Shown here: piece after piece, positions 8,504 to 18,901 of the stretch | Layout of the letters: every line of letters starts with the position of its first letter | Position numbering within the stretch: the stretch's first letter is position 1 | DNA from: a virus | Taxonomy: Duplodnaviria; Caudoviricetes | Virus record (IMG/VR): IMGVR_UViG_3300027759_000001 | Reading direction: 5' to 3' (one strand) | Length of the DNA stretch: 64,000 bases | Program-made: the position numbers and the translations under genes | The notes under the pieces: model-generated | Database searches by the model: none | Seen by the model: the letters and a program-made list of their open reading frames with translations, nothing else | Told to the model about the DNA's origin: nothing

Positions 8504-10057
8504 TCAATTAATCCTAATATTTTGATTTAATATTGTATTTTGAGAATTATTAAGTATTTCCAATATTTTTTTAGATGAAGGACCATCAGGTATTGATGGA
8601 TATTCTTGTATTGGTGCAAGTCCTGGAAATGGGTGTACGTGACCTATCATAAATTGAACGATGAGGTTTAAGAATGACATTAATTCTTCACCTCTAACCA
8701 TTGAATTTGTTTTACCGTAAATCGTATCTGTTAACGTTGGTTGATCAATACCGTATAATGTATTTTTTAAATCAATCGGAGTACCTTTACTTGGGATAAC
8801 TGATTTATGTGATAACAAATAAAGAAAATCACCACCCATAACACCATATGATGTTGGGGTTGCCTCAAATGTGTCATTTGCGACCTCAGTTATTTTAACT
8901 TCAAGTTGTTCACCTAAAACATCTTGAATCCAAACCAAACCAAAACCAAATTCTTTATTTTGTGGTGATAATTTAGTTTTTGAATAAAAATTAAGAATGT
9001 TATTAAACTCAGTTAAACCACTTGGGGTATCAATATTTGCACCTACAAATATTTCGGTATTACTTTTTGTTGGGGTAAACACAAATGGAAATTGGTTTTC
9101 CAATTTAGATCCATCTTGTGATGGGTAGGAAAGATAACCATCAACATTTATTTTACCAATATTAACACCTTTAATAAAATCATTAATTATTGTTAACGAT
9201 TCTTCAGAAGTTTTACCGGTAAAGTTTAATTCATATAATGTTGTTCCTTTATAACTATCCAAATCAGAAGTAAGAAAAATTTTATTGGATAAAGTTTCAG
9301 GTACTGGAATTAAACTATATAATTTTATATTACCATCAAAAGTTGTTCCTGTTGTTGCAAGATTTGTTATTTCCCACTCAACTAAATTTTTAACTTGTCT
9401 ACTTTCTTTTATGTATTCGGTAACTGTTTTTGGTTCACCTTTAATTTTTTCTAAAGGAGATGTGGATATTTGTAAAAATGATCTTTTATCATTTGGTACG
9501 GGAATATTAAAATCCGCACTTGAAGATTTAAGAGGATCTAATTTACCTGCTCGTATTAACACATCATTTTCTTTAACAACAACATCTGCGGTTCCTCTAC
9601 CTAAAATGGCATTATCACCTGGTTCGGGGTATATTCCATAAATTTTTGGATCCGTAATCCCTGTTTTACGATCTCTTAATTGATTTGCCTGTTTGAAAAA
9701 TTCCCCTGTTGCCAACATGGACTGAGAGTTTTTCCAATCCTCTTTAGAATTATTTTGGGGTCTTGTTATTGGTCCTTGAATATAAAATTTATTCGCATCT
9801 AATCTTTCACGATTGTCGTAATAAATTAGGTTAACATATTCATTATCTTTTGGGACCTGATTAATGTAGTATGGTAACAATGGTAAAAATACAAATGGAT
9901 CTTTTGCCGTCCACTTATCATTTTCTTCATTCCAATCTTCGGGTAAAGAATCCTCATACCTTTCAAGGGTAGGTACAACTCGTACCCTACCTAACATCAT
10001 TGGATCTTTATTATCTTTTACATAACCCGGAAATAAATTTTTATTTTTGAACCACAT
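8504..10057 (-). CDS. baseplate central spike, gp5/VgrG-like
   Basis: N-terminal OB-fold motif GYVKDNKDPMMLGRVRV (cf. T4 gp5 VEDRMDPLKLGRVRV); C-terminal HVH motif. Confidence 0.7.
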   Translation of the reverse strand: MWFKNKNLFPGYVKDNKDPMMLGRVRVVPTLERYEDSLPEDWNEENDKWTAKDPFVFLPLLPYYINQVPKDNEYVNLIYYDNRERLDANKFYIQGPITRPQNNSKEDWKNSQSMLATGEFFKQANQLRDRKTGITDPKIYGIYPEPGDNAILGRGTADVVVKENDVLIRAGKLDPLKSSSADFNIPVPNDKRSFLQISTSPLEKIKGEPKTVTEYIKESRQVKNLVEWEITNLATTGTTFDGNIKLYSLIPVPETLSNKIFLTSDLDSYKGTTLYELNFTGKTSEESLTIINDFIKGVNIGKINVDGYLSYPSQDGSKLENQFPFVFTPTKSNTEIFVGANIDTPSGLTEFNNILNFYSKTKLSPQNKEFGFGLVWIQDVLGEQLEVKITEVANDTFEATPTSYGVMGGDFLYLLSHKSVIPSKGTPIDLKNTLYGIDQPTLTDTIYGKTNSMVRGEELMSFLNLIVQFMIGHVHPFPGLAPIQEYPSIPDGPSSKKILEILNNSQNTILNQNIRIN

Positions 10058-10259
10058 TTCTTGCTTGATATTCTTTTAATAGTGTATTATATGTCAACTC
10101 TAATTTGTCTAAATGACTTGTCATTTTAATTAAATTTTCTTTTGTAATATCAAAATCTTTTTTAATAAATTCCATAGCCAAAATTAGATCTTTATTAGGT
10201 CTAACCTTATGTTCTTTAATAATTTCCACAACTTGTTGTGATTGTACTTTATTATCCAT
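10041..10259 (-). CDS. hypothetical coiled-coil protein
   Basis: Start revised to MDNKVQ; heptad pattern. Confidence 0.65.
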   Translation of the reverse strand: MDNKVQSQQVVEIIKEHKVRPNKDLILAMEFIKKDFDITKENLIKMTSHLDKLELTYNTLLKEYQARNVVQK

Positions 10260-10270
10260 TTTTTTATATT

Positions 10271-12178
10271 TTATTTTCCATAACAAACTATTGGTGTTGT
10301 TTGACCAATTGGTGTTATACTTAGTGGGTATATTGCAACTTGTGATTTACCATTTGATGCATTTTCTTGATCTGATCCATCTAATAGAGCCTTTATTGAT
10401 GCTAACATTAAATTAGGACTTCCATCTGGCATCGTACCTGTTGGTAATCCCAATTCTTCAAAATTTGCAATAACATTTAAAAATGCTCTATCTGAAGAAT
10501 AACCACTTAAAAGTTTTGAAGTTAATAATAATGGTAATGGGATGTCCCCACCAAATCCTTTTGATGCGATTTTTAACGCATTTAATAGATCATCAATCAC
10601 ACTTTTACATTCCCTGAAATCTTTTATAATTTTAGCAATTGCAATTATTAATTCAGTTAAAGATAATATTGTATTTAATCTTTTATTATTTAAACCTCTA
10701 ATCACATTTAAATTTACCGATTTGACTAAATTCAAAATATCTTTTTTAATTATATCAAATAAAATTTTAACAAAAATTTCTCCTACTTTTGAGGCAAATT
10801 TAATAAAGAACGATTTAAGTTTTTTTGCAAAATCCATAAATGAACTAATTTGTAAATCTAAATTTTGACCTAATGATTTTGTTGTTATCATTAAAGGTAA
10901 AACAACTTTAGGTGAAAGGACTGTGGATACCATTGCCTTTGGAAACTCTTTAAGGAATGATAAATCAATATTTATTTCCAATGGAAACCATCCTGGATTT
11001 TTAGTTAATACATCAGTTAAGTTAGATGCGTCATCTATACTATTTGAATTATTTTTACCATCAACAAAAATAAGATTATTTAATGCGTTTGTGATACTAT
11101 CCGAGTCAACGGGTAATTTAACTGTATTACATTCCTCAAATTCAACAACACCTAATTTAATATCAGAAACTCTTGAATCAATAAAACGTAAATCAATGTC
11201 TGTGAACTCAAAGAAGGATTCGTCAACATTATCATTTTCCGACAATTTTGCAATTCCTGACACATCAATCTCTTTAGTGTTATCAAAACACAATCCTAAT
11301 ATTCTTTGTATGATTAGTAGTATTTTTTGTAAGTCTTCTAAATCTGCATTACCATCTCCTTTTTTAATAGAAACCGCACCTGTTAATTGGTTCATTAAGT
11401 TGGCAAAAAAATTAGTTTCATCAAAAAGTTTTATTGTTGTGAAGTAATCTTTTAAAAATTCAGAAATTTTATTTGTTGTCATTCTATTCTTTAAATCAAC
11501 TTTAAAAAAGTTACCTTGGATAGTTTGTAAAGATGTTGGGTCAACGTAAGACTCAACATAAGTAATGTCAAATAACTCTTGCCCTGACGTACCCATATAA
11601 CTTTGTCCAGATGCCGGAACACTAAATGGTTGGTTAATATTTTGAGTTCTATTATATAATTCCTTATTCATTGAAAATGGAAAACTACTATATTGAACAC
11701 TTTTCTTTTCATATAGTAATTTACCCACATCTGTTGCAGGATCTTCTTTTAACGTGTTAAGTAGGTCAACTGACTTAACTCTAATATAAATAGTTTGAGG
11801 GACAAATTCTTGGTCTTGTGAACAACCTACGGCACTTAACATTAATTCCAATAAAATATCATCTAATTTTGGAACAATTTCTTTAATGGCTTTTGTAAAA
11901 GTTTTTTTAAGATAACCATTACTACTTTTACCTGACCCTAATGATTGAAAGTTTAGGTCTAACAACTTATCAAATTGAGTTTTAATTTCTTTTTGATATT
12001 TGTTTTTTAATTTTTTTGCATCAGAAAGTTGTGTGGAAACTTCAGATTTTTTCTTTTCTAAATTTTTTCCAGCTTTTTTTCGTAGATCTTCAATATCACT
12101 ACTAACCTTCTTATACTTTTTGAGTACAGTTGTTTTTTTATCTACGTCATTAAAACCATCTTCAGTATCCTGTGCCAT
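10271..12178 (-). CDS. hypothetical protein, possibly baseplate/tail associated
   Basis: 635 aa, helical C-terminal half; operon context with the spike gene. Confidence 0.6.
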   Translation of the reverse strand: MAQDTEDGFNDVDKKTTVLKKYKKVSSDIEDLRKKAGKNLEKKKSEVSTQLSDAKKLKNKYQKEIKTQFDKLLDLNFQSLGSGKSSNGYLKKTFTKAIKEIVPKLDDILLELMLSAVGCSQDQEFVPQTIYIRVKSVDLLNTLKEDPATDVGKLLYEKKSVQYSSFPFSMNKELYNRTQNINQPFSVPASGQSYMGTSGQELFDITYVESYVDPTSLQTIQGNFFKVDLKNRMTTNKISEFLKDYFTTIKLFDETNFFANLMNQLTGAVSIKKGDGNADLEDLQKILLIIQRILGLCFDNTKEIDVSGIAKLSENDNVDESFFEFTDIDLRFIDSRVSDIKLGVVEFEECNTVKLPVDSDSITNALNNLIFVDGKNNSNSIDDASNLTDVLTKNPGWFPLEINIDLSFLKEFPKAMVSTVLSPKVVLPLMITTKSLGQNLDLQISSFMDFAKKLKSFFIKFASKVGEIFVKILFDIIKKDILNLVKSVNLNVIRGLNNKRLNTILSLTELIIAIAKIIKDFRECKSVIDDLLNALKIASKGFGGDIPLPLLLTSKLLSGYSSDRAFLNVIANFEELGLPTGTMPDGSPNLMLASIKALLDGSDQENASNGKSQVAIYPLSITPIGQTTPIVCYGK

Positions 12179-12552
12179 TATTTATTCAGTTTGTAACTAT
12201 TATCTGTTGAGGTGTCTTTATCAATTAAACTTTTAAATGTGTCATCATCAAGATCTAAATCCGACAAAGTAAAATTATCCTCTTGTTTCTCCTGAGATTT
12301 TTGCCAAATTTGCGCTTGTAGTTTTGATAACGATAGTTTTTTCTCAACACAATCATTAATAATCTTTTGTTGTTTTTCAATAACAGGACCAATAAGAGTC
12401 ATATCTTCCGGTTCTTTCATCATTGTTAACATCTTGTTTTGTATTCTAATTGCGGTATTTCTTTGTTCTACAAGTTCATTATAAATCTCTTGCATCAAAG
12501 ATAACATTGATTCCTTAGTTAGATTAATTTCTTTTTTTGTCGGCCTTCCCAT
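12178..12552 (-). CDS. hypothetical coiled-coil protein
   Basis: 124 aa; TACTTATA 3 nt upstream. Confidence 0.75.
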   Translation of the reverse strand: MGRPTKKEINLTKESMLSLMQEIYNELVEQRNTAIRIQNKMLTMMKEPEDMTLIGPVIEKQQKIINDCVEKKLSLSKLQAQIWQKSQEKQEDNFTLSDLDLDDDTFKSLIDKDTSTDNSYKLNK

Positions 12553-12555
12553 ATC

Positions 12556-12563
12556 TATAAGTA
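12556..12563 (-). promoter_or_regulatory. late motif variant TACTTATA
   Basis: 3 nt upstream of ATG 12552. Confidence 0.5.
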
Positions 12564-12572
12564 TTTTTTATT

Positions 12573-13322
12573 CTATTTTAATAATTCATTTACGATATGA
12601 AAGTATATTTTTTTATATCTTTTTAATGAATTACGTATTTCTTTTGTACTTAAATTGGTCATTTCCCTCAATTCAAACAGGATAATGTTCTTATTAAATT
12701 TATTATTATTTGATGTTTCTTGAAAAATTGCCCCATAATTTGTAAAAATGTCAGTTAAAGCTTCTCCCAATTTTATTTCTTGTTCAGATATATTTGGTTC
12801 ATTCATATTATCTTTAAGTTCATTAAGGAATTTTTTTATAATTTCTTCAGAACTTACATCGTCATTATCAATATAATAAATCATATCTGGCATATTATGA
12901 ACATCTCCCGAAATATCTTCATAAGATATTTTTCTATTCATTTCTTTTTGGTCTTTTAAAATTTGTCCCATAAGATAATTTTTACAGATAGTCCCAAAAT
13001 AAGAATAAGCCTTTTTCTCTTTAGCCGGTTTAAACTTGTCTATTTTAGTCATTAAAAATGAATGAGTATCCATGTGGATCTCCTCAAAGTCCATGTCTCT
13101 TCTGTATAATTTATATCGTCTAATAATTGACGATATCATTTTATCTAAGGGGTGTTTTAAAAACTCATTATAAATTTTGTTCTTTTCGTCAAAAGATTCT
13201 GCGATTAGGTAGGCCCTAACCGCATCTTCTTCTCTTACGTCAAAATAATTATTTACTGTTGGTTTTCTTCCCTTCTTTTTCTTTTCATTCTCTTCGTTTG
13301 ATAAATTACCATTTTCGGACAT
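12573..13322 (-). CDS. gp55: RNA polymerase late sigma factor, T4 gp55-like
   Basis: Region-2-like KFKPAKEKKAYSYFGTICKNYL (cf. gp55 family FDPEKS.NPFAYFTQI); ATG overlaps the upstream TGA (TGATG). Confidence 0.7.
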   Translation of the reverse strand: MSENGNLSNEENEKKKKGRKPTVNNYFDVREEDAVRAYLIAESFDEKNKIYNEFLKHPLDKMISSIIRRYKLYRRDMDFEEIHMDTHSFLMTKIDKFKPAKEKKAYSYFGTICKNYLMGQILKDQKEMNRKISYEDISGDVHNMPDMIYYIDNDDVSSEEIIKKFLNELKDNMNEPNISEQEIKLGEALTDIFTNYGAIFQETSNNNKFNKNIILFELREMTNLSTKEIRNSLKRYKKIYFHIVNELLK

Positions 13323-14128
13323 CAAATTTCTTGTGGTTCATATTTTATGTCCCTCTGTGCGGTGTAGAAATATTCTTTCTTAGCCGCCTCAATCCAGAAT
13401 TTAGCCTCATCTTCACTTAACCTGTTGTCACCATTTTTGTAGTTCCAAAAAATAGATCCTTCTCTTAAGTTCATATGTTTGTATCCGATCTTAGGGATTG
13501 TTAAAAATTTAACAGATGCGTGAGTCATACGTAAAAAGAACTCATAACCAAATGTTAATTTAATGTTTGATTTAAATTTACCAAATTCTAAGAAAGTTTC
13601 TTTTTTAATAACCATTCCAGCAATTTGGAAATTTTGATACATTTGTAATGTTTCGTTAGTTAAATAACCAAGTTCTTGTGTGAAGTTTGCCGCAAATGTT
13701 GCTTCATTTGTAAATCCTACAAATACTCCTTTATCATTAACATCAACAACAATTGGTAAAAACGCTTCAATATCTTTATAGATATCCATATATTTTTGTG
13801 AGTTTTTAAACCATATGTTTGAATATTCATCATCAAACTCAATTAATGAAACCCAATCAGAAGTTGATATTTCAACACCTTTATTAACTTGGTTTGCAAA
13901 GTTAGGTTCGTCTTTCCACACTTCAAATTTAACGTTTAATCCATCAAAATCATAAGAGTTAATGTGTGTCTCCAAAAGAGAATCATCACAATAAACGATA
14001 ACCAATTCACTTACAGTTTCACCTTGGTTTTTAATTGATTTGATACATCTATCAAAGAAGTCCTCAAAGTCTGCGGACCTAGCAGTTTTAATTGGTAATA
14101 TTACCGAGATAGTTTTATTATTTTCCAT
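13322..14128 (-). CDS. glycosyltransferase family 2-like
   Basis: ISVILPI start; EFDD DxD-like motif; start revised to MENNKTIS. Confidence 0.75.
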   Translation of the reverse strand: MENNKTISVILPIKTARSADFEDFFDRCIKSIKNQGETVSELVIVYCDDSLLETHINSYDFDGLNVKFEVWKDEPNFANQVNKGVEISTSDWVSLIEFDDEYSNIWFKNSQKYMDIYKDIEAFLPIVVDVNDKGVFVGFTNEATFAANFTQELGYLTNETLQMYQNFQIAGMVIKKETFLEFGKFKSNIKLTFGYEFFLRMTHASVKFLTIPKIGYKHMNLREGSIFWNYKNGDNRLSEDEAKFWIEAAKKEYFYTAQRDIKYEPQEI

Positions 14129-14129
14129 A

Positions 14130-15191
14130 TTATTCAGTTGTTTCAAGTTTAGATAGTTGAGCCTCAAAAGAATCTGCTCTTGTGTCAATCATTTTTGCAA
14201 ATAATTCAACAACTTCTGATTCAAATTTTTCTTTGGTTGAAAGTTTATTAATGGTTACGTCCATTTCTTCGTATAATTTAGGGTTAAGATTGTCTTCTAA
14301 CCAATTTTGTATAAAATCGGCAATAACATCAACAATCATATTTTGGTTATTGATCCAAATACCATTTTCTTCATTCATCCATTCAGGTGTGATATTAGGT
14401 ACCAATCCAATAACAGGTATTCCCATCTTCATAGATTCAAGTGGGAATGTACCAAATGAACTAATATTATCAATCCACACGGATGCAAAACTTTCTTTCA
14501 TTGCGTTTGTAAACTCAACTTGAGATAACCCTCTTAAATCTCTAAATGTAATCCATCTGTATTGTGGAAATTTAGTGTAAAAAGTTTTAATTAAATTTAC
14601 CGTATCTCTGTGATCTCTTGTATGTACACCAATAATTGTTTTAGGTGGGAATTTTTGTTTTTCAAAAACTTCAGAAATTGTTGGTTCAATAACATCAACT
14701 GAGACACTTCTCATTGTTGAAGAAATATATTCTTTTTGTTTTTCTGATGTTGTAATACATTTATGGAATCCAAGTTGAGTCCAAGTTTGTCCAGGTTGTA
14801 GTGTTTCAAAAATGTAATCATATGATTGCGATAACACAATTTTACCACAAGGTAGTTTAGTTATTTGATCCATTATGAATCCGTAAATTTCTGGAATAAC
14901 AATTAAATCTTCAGGTGAGATTTCTAAATTAGTTCCTTCAATAGATTTATGATCTAAATTTGTCATATATTCCTCACCTAACCAATCTGTTACACCAAAG
15001 TATTCAGGGGTTTCATGTAGTATTATGGCATTAAATCCATTATTTTTTAGTGACATAGCCATTTCGTAAATGTAACGTATTGACGCTTTTGCATTTCCTT
15101 TAGTGTCCTGTACTATAAAATAAATTCTTGACTTCTTATCCCTCATTTTCTGAATGGATTCTTCTAGTTTTAAAATTTGTTCTTGGTTCAT
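14130..15191 (-). CDS. GT-B fold glycosyltransferase-like (GT4-like)
   Basis: SFGTFPLESMKMGIPVIG matches the E.FG.p.lEam..G.Pv motif. Confidence 0.7.
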   Translation of the reverse strand: MNQEQILKLEESIQKMRDKKSRIYFIVQDTKGNAKASIRYIYEMAMSLKNNGFNAIILHETPEYFGVTDWLGEEYMTNLDHKSIEGTNLEISPEDLIVIPEIYGFIMDQITKLPCGKIVLSQSYDYIFETLQPGQTWTQLGFHKCITTSEKQKEYISSTMRSVSVDVIEPTISEVFEKQKFPPKTIIGVHTRDHRDTVNLIKTFYTKFPQYRWITFRDLRGLSQVEFTNAMKESFASVWIDNISSFGTFPLESMKMGIPVIGLVPNITPEWMNEENGIWINNQNMIVDVIADFIQNWLEDNLNPKLYEEMDVTINKLSTKEKFESEVVELFAKMIDTRADSFEAQLSKLETTE

Positions 15192-15194
15192 GTT

Positions 15195-15449
15195 TTATAT
15201 TTTATTTATTATTTTTTTCATTAAAAGTGTATTAAAAGCAATTTTAAAGGGAATAGTCACCTCATTATTTTTCATACCTAAATTTTCATCCACTTCTCCT
15301 ATTTCAGTTAAAATTGTGTCAACCATTGCTTTAACTGACTCATATTTTACTACGTGGATTTGAGTTTCACCACTTGTACCACTATACTGGACAAAGTCCT
15401 CTATTTTATCTAAATCAATATAATAGTTTTCTCCAAACACATTAAACAT
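15195..15449 (-). CDS. hypothetical protein
   Basis: 84 aa, translationally coupled in operon. Confidence 0.75.
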   Translation of the reverse strand: MFNVFGENYYIDLDKIEDFVQYSGTSGETQIHVVKYESVKAMVDTILTEIGEVDENLGMKNNEVTIPFKIAFNTLLMKKIINKI

Positions 15450-16119
15450 TCGCTTCTATTTTTTTAATCGTTAATTCCAAATCAGATAAAGAAGAAATTT
15501 CGTATTCTGATTTGATGTTTTTATTATAATCTGTAATAAATTTTATAATGATTTTATTATCAGGTTTATTTAATAGTAGGTCAGGATTGGCCGTAAGTAA
15601 AATATCTACCTCACCTAACATATCATTTTTTGTTATTTCACTATAGAAAAATACTTTTTCCACTAAACAACCAAATTTGGATAAGAAAAAAAGTGATGAT
15701 GGTTTAGATCTACCTATTTCATCAGAAACAATCATTAAGTCATAAGTATCTCTCAAGTTATAGTAAATATCGTTTAACAGGTTAAATGATAACATCTCTG
15801 TTGATGGTGCATGTCCAAATAACTCCATTGTATATTCTTCATACATAAATGAATATAAATCATCTTTAGATGGAAATGAAAAATGAGAACCTAAATCTAA
15901 TGATGTGACAGGACTTAAAACTTTATATTCAAAATTATTAATCTCTAAGTTTTCATTAAGTTCAATTACCTCATCTGTATCACCTGAAAATTCAATTTCA
16001 TATGTTTTATCCGTTGACTCATTAAAATGAGTATCAACTAAATGTTTTTCATATAATTCAGTAAATTTACTAATAGTGTCTCTTAAAACACCATTAATCT
16101 CAATCCCTATTTTCGTCAT
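15442..16119 (-). CDS. HAD-superfamily 5'(3')-nucleotidase-like protein (degenerate motif I)
   Basis: IGIEINGVLRD start; overall layout resembles NT5C-like phage proteins. Confidence 0.55.
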   Translation of the reverse strand: MTKIGIEINGVLRDTISKFTELYEKHLVDTHFNESTDKTYEIEFSGDTDEVIELNENLEINNFEYKVLSPVTSLDLGSHFSFPSKDDLYSFMYEEYTMELFGHAPSTEMLSFNLLNDIYYNLRDTYDLMIVSDEIGRSKPSSLFFLSKFGCLVEKVFFYSEITKNDMLGEVDILLTANPDLLLNKPDNKIIIKFITDYNKNIKSEYEISSLSDLELTIKKIEANV

Positions 16120-16846
16120 CGTACTTAACTAATATTTCACTAATTAATGGGTTTCTAACATTTTTGGCATTTTTAAAGTCATATATGCCAATATCTGGTA
16201 TACCACTGAATCTTTGTAGTGCGTCGTAAAGTCCCGATTGTTTTTTATCTTTATAACGATCCGTTTGTTCTAAATCACCTGATATAAAGAATTTACTATT
16301 GTATCCAATTCTTGTTAATAATAATTTCATTTGATTAGGGGTAGCATTTTGACCTTCCTCAAAAATTAAAATTGAATTATCAATATTCATTCCTCTCATG
16401 TATGCTAACGCAAATACTTCAATTACTTCATACTCTTTTAATTTTTCTCTCGCTTCTTTACCAATTATTTTATTAAGTAAGTAATAAGATGGGAAAATAT
16501 AAGGGTCTAATTTTTCTTCTAAATTTCCTGGAAGAGATCCTAACTTTTCTTCAGCCTCAACTGCGGGTCTAACAATAATAATTTTTTCGTATGAATTGTT
16601 TGGGTCCATTAATAAATCTACCGCTGCTTTCATTGAAATATAACTTTTACCAACACCTGCCGGTCCTGAACAAATTGTAATTTGATTGTTAATCAAAATA
16701 TCATAATAGTCTTTTTGATTGTCGGATAAAAATTTACTTTTTTGTTTTCTTTTGATTACAGAGTTAATTAACTCTTTTCTTGAAATTTGTGGTTGAGTGG
16801 TTGACGTTGTATCGTCTTTTAAAGTTGGTTTTTTTCTAATAGCCAT
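16100..16846 (-). CDS. phoH: PhoH family ATPase
   Basis: GPAGVGKS, VRPAVEAEEKLGSLPG, AYMRG, DE-like FEEGQN, LLTRIG, GDLEQTD. Confidence 0.95.
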   Translation of the reverse strand: MAIRKKPTLKDDTTSTTQPQISRKELINSVIKRKQKSKFLSDNQKDYYDILINNQITICSGPAGVGKSYISMKAAVDLLMDPNNSYEKIIIVRPAVEAEEKLGSLPGNLEEKLDPYIFPSYYLLNKIIGKEAREKLKEYEVIEVFALAYMRGMNIDNSILIFEEGQNATPNQMKLLLTRIGYNSKFFISGDLEQTDRYKDKKQSGLYDALQRFSGIPDIGIYDFKNAKNVRNPLISEILVKYDDENRD

Positions 16847-16880
16847 AAGTTTTTTATTTAAGTTAAATATAAAACCAACT

Positions 16881-16888
16881 TATAAATA
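16881..16888 (-). promoter_or_regulatory. putative late promoter TATTTATA
   Basis: 34 nt upstream of phoH ATG. Confidence 0.5.
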
Positions 16889-16896
16889 ATAAATAA

Positions 16897-17562
16897 TTAA
16901 TTATATTTTACGGTTTTAATAAAATACTTTTTGGTTGCCTCAGTTCTTTTTTTTCTTTGTTCTAAACTTGAGTGTAACGCTTCAGGACCCTCCTCCAAGT
17001 TGATTAATCCATTTAATATTAAAGATGGGACAATCTTGTAATTTGAATAGGAAGATATTTTTATATCTTCACAAGTAGGTTCATTATCTAATAAAACATT
17101 TTTTAAAATTTTACTATCCATGAACATAAATCTACCTTTAATAACATCAACTATGATATCGGTATCATCATAGGGTTTATTTATGTGTTTTGATTCCCAA
17201 TAATCTTTTTCCTTATTTAAAACGACACCCGAATAACCAATTATTGGGAATGTCCTATTTTTCCCTATAGTCTCATATGTCTTTAAACAATTTTCAATAA
17301 CATCTGTTTTATTAAACATTATATCATCATCTAATGTAAAAATAAAACCTTCATCAACCATTGACCCAACTAACCATCTTGGCCAACATTTAAAATTATT
17401 TGACGAATTAATTTGAACATCTACATCATAAGATGTCTTATCCTCAATATTATTATTCCATAACCATATATCAATATCAATTGATTGATCTCGGATGGAT
17501 TGAATCACTTTAACAATGTTTTCTTGTCGTTTCCAATTTAATAATAACGCAGTTACTTTCAT
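16897..17562 (-). CDS. GT-A fold glycosyltransferase-like
   Basis: ALLLNWKR start, FTLDDD motif, CEDIKIS. Confidence 0.65.
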   Translation of the reverse strand: MKVTALLLNWKRQENIVKVIQSIRDQSIDIDIWLWNNNIEDKTSYDVDVQINSSNNFKCWPRWLVGSMVDEGFIFTLDDDIMFNKTDVIENCLKTYETIGKNRTFPIIGYSGVVLNKEKDYWESKHINKPYDDTDIIVDVIKGRFMFMDSKILKNVLLDNEPTCEDIKISSYSNYKIVPSLILNGLINLEEGPEALHSSLEQRKKRTEATKKYFIKTVKYN

Positions 17563-17564
17563 TA

Positions 17565-18269
17565 TTAGTTACGTTCAAACCCCTCCTCAACGTGATTACA
17601 CGTCACACTGTTTATTAAAGTACTTTTTAAATTATTACTTAAAATATAGGATGCACATCTTTCCCATAATTCAGCATCGGCCGGTAAACCAACAACACCA
17701 GTTTCATCAAATAAATCTCTATATTTTAGAGGTATTGTTTTAAAGTTCATACATACCGATGAATGAATTAAAGATTCGGATTTAGGTAAGTGATTAATAT
17801 AAAGACCAGTACCATTAGTGTATGGTAAAATTACAGTATTAAGGTAATTTGATTTAGTACAAATCCAATCTGAATTAGTTTCTTCAATGCATTTATTAAT
17901 TAATTCCAAGTGATTATTTTCCCATTCATCGTCATGGTCTAAACGACAAATATAATGGTTACCTTCAGACATAGACAGATCAACACCATGATTTGTTGCG
18001 TTAACTCCACCATAAGACCATAAAGCCCACTTATTGATATAAAAATCTCGTTCTTTAGCAACATCTAAATTAACAAACAATATTTTACTTTGATCGTAAT
18101 TTGATATTAATGTCTCAACCTCATTAGGGTGTTCATATCTATCGCCAATTAAGTAAATTTTAAAATCCTGATGGGTTTGATTAAATAAGGAATCTAAAGC
18201 TTTTTTTAGATGTGCTAATGTAGATCCATCTGACCTATAATATGTTGGAGTAACTATTGATAATTTCAT
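17565..18269 (-). CDS. glycosyltransferase family 2
   Basis: LSIVTPTY, ALDSLFNQT, RLDHDD. Confidence 0.85.
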   Translation of the reverse strand: MKLSIVTPTYYRSDGSTLAHLKKALDSLFNQTHQDFKIYLIGDRYEHPNEVETLISNYDQSKILFVNLDVAKERDFYINKWALWSYGGVNATNHGVDLSMSEGNHYICRLDHDDEWENNHLELINKCIEETNSDWICTKSNYLNTVILPYTNGTGLYINHLPKSESLIHSSVCMNFKTIPLKYRDLFDETGVVGLPADAELWERCASYILSNNLKSTLINSVTCNHVEEGFERN

Positions 18270-18883
18270 TTTTTTCTAATTATAAAACAATTACCATCTA
18301 ACATAGATTCTGGATCGGCCTTAAATAAATTGGGTAATGTTCCTATTATTTCATAACCATCAAGTGTAGATATAATGTGATCCACCATAGGTCTTACTTC
18401 AGGACTAAATTCATAATCATTATAATCGTCAAAAACAATATAACCACCATTTTTAACCATTGGTGAGTATAACTCAAAATCATTCTTCACTCCATTTGAT
18501 GAGTGATCACCATCTATAAATAAAACATCAATATCATCAATAAATGTTTTAAGTTTTTCTAGTGTTTCTATTTTCTGAGAATTACCTTGAATATATTCGT
18601 AATGATTATTAAAGATATTAAATTTTTCTATATTTTTAATTGGGACTTCAGGTGATATAGGGGTTCCTAAATCTATACAAAAAACATTAGTATTTTTTCT
18701 TTGACAGATTAACGATGCCGATCCGCCAGCATAACACCCAATCTCCACATAATTAATATTGTAATCATCAGGATACGTTTTAATTATGTCATATAAAATA
18801 TGATAATGATGGTGAAAAGTTTTTCCATACATTTCATTTGATATTCTTCTTGTAATATCTAAAGATTCTTCCGTGTGAGTCAT
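18266..18883 (-). CDS. class I SAM-dependent methyltransferase (Methyltransf_24-like)
   Basis: VEIGCYAGGS, LFIDGDHS..GVKND, GGYIVFDDY. Confidence 0.9.
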   Translation of the reverse strand: MTHTEESLDITRRISNEMYGKTFHHHYHILYDIIKTYPDDYNINYVEIGCYAGGSASLICQRKNTNVFCIDLGTPISPEVPIKNIEKFNIFNNHYEYIQGNSQKIETLEKLKTFIDDIDVLFIDGDHSSNGVKNDFELYSPMVKNGGYIVFDDYNDYEFSPEVRPMVDHIISTLDGYEIIGTLPNLFKADPESMLDGNCFIIRKK

Positions 18884-18901
18884 ATTAATTTATATTTTTT
18901 T

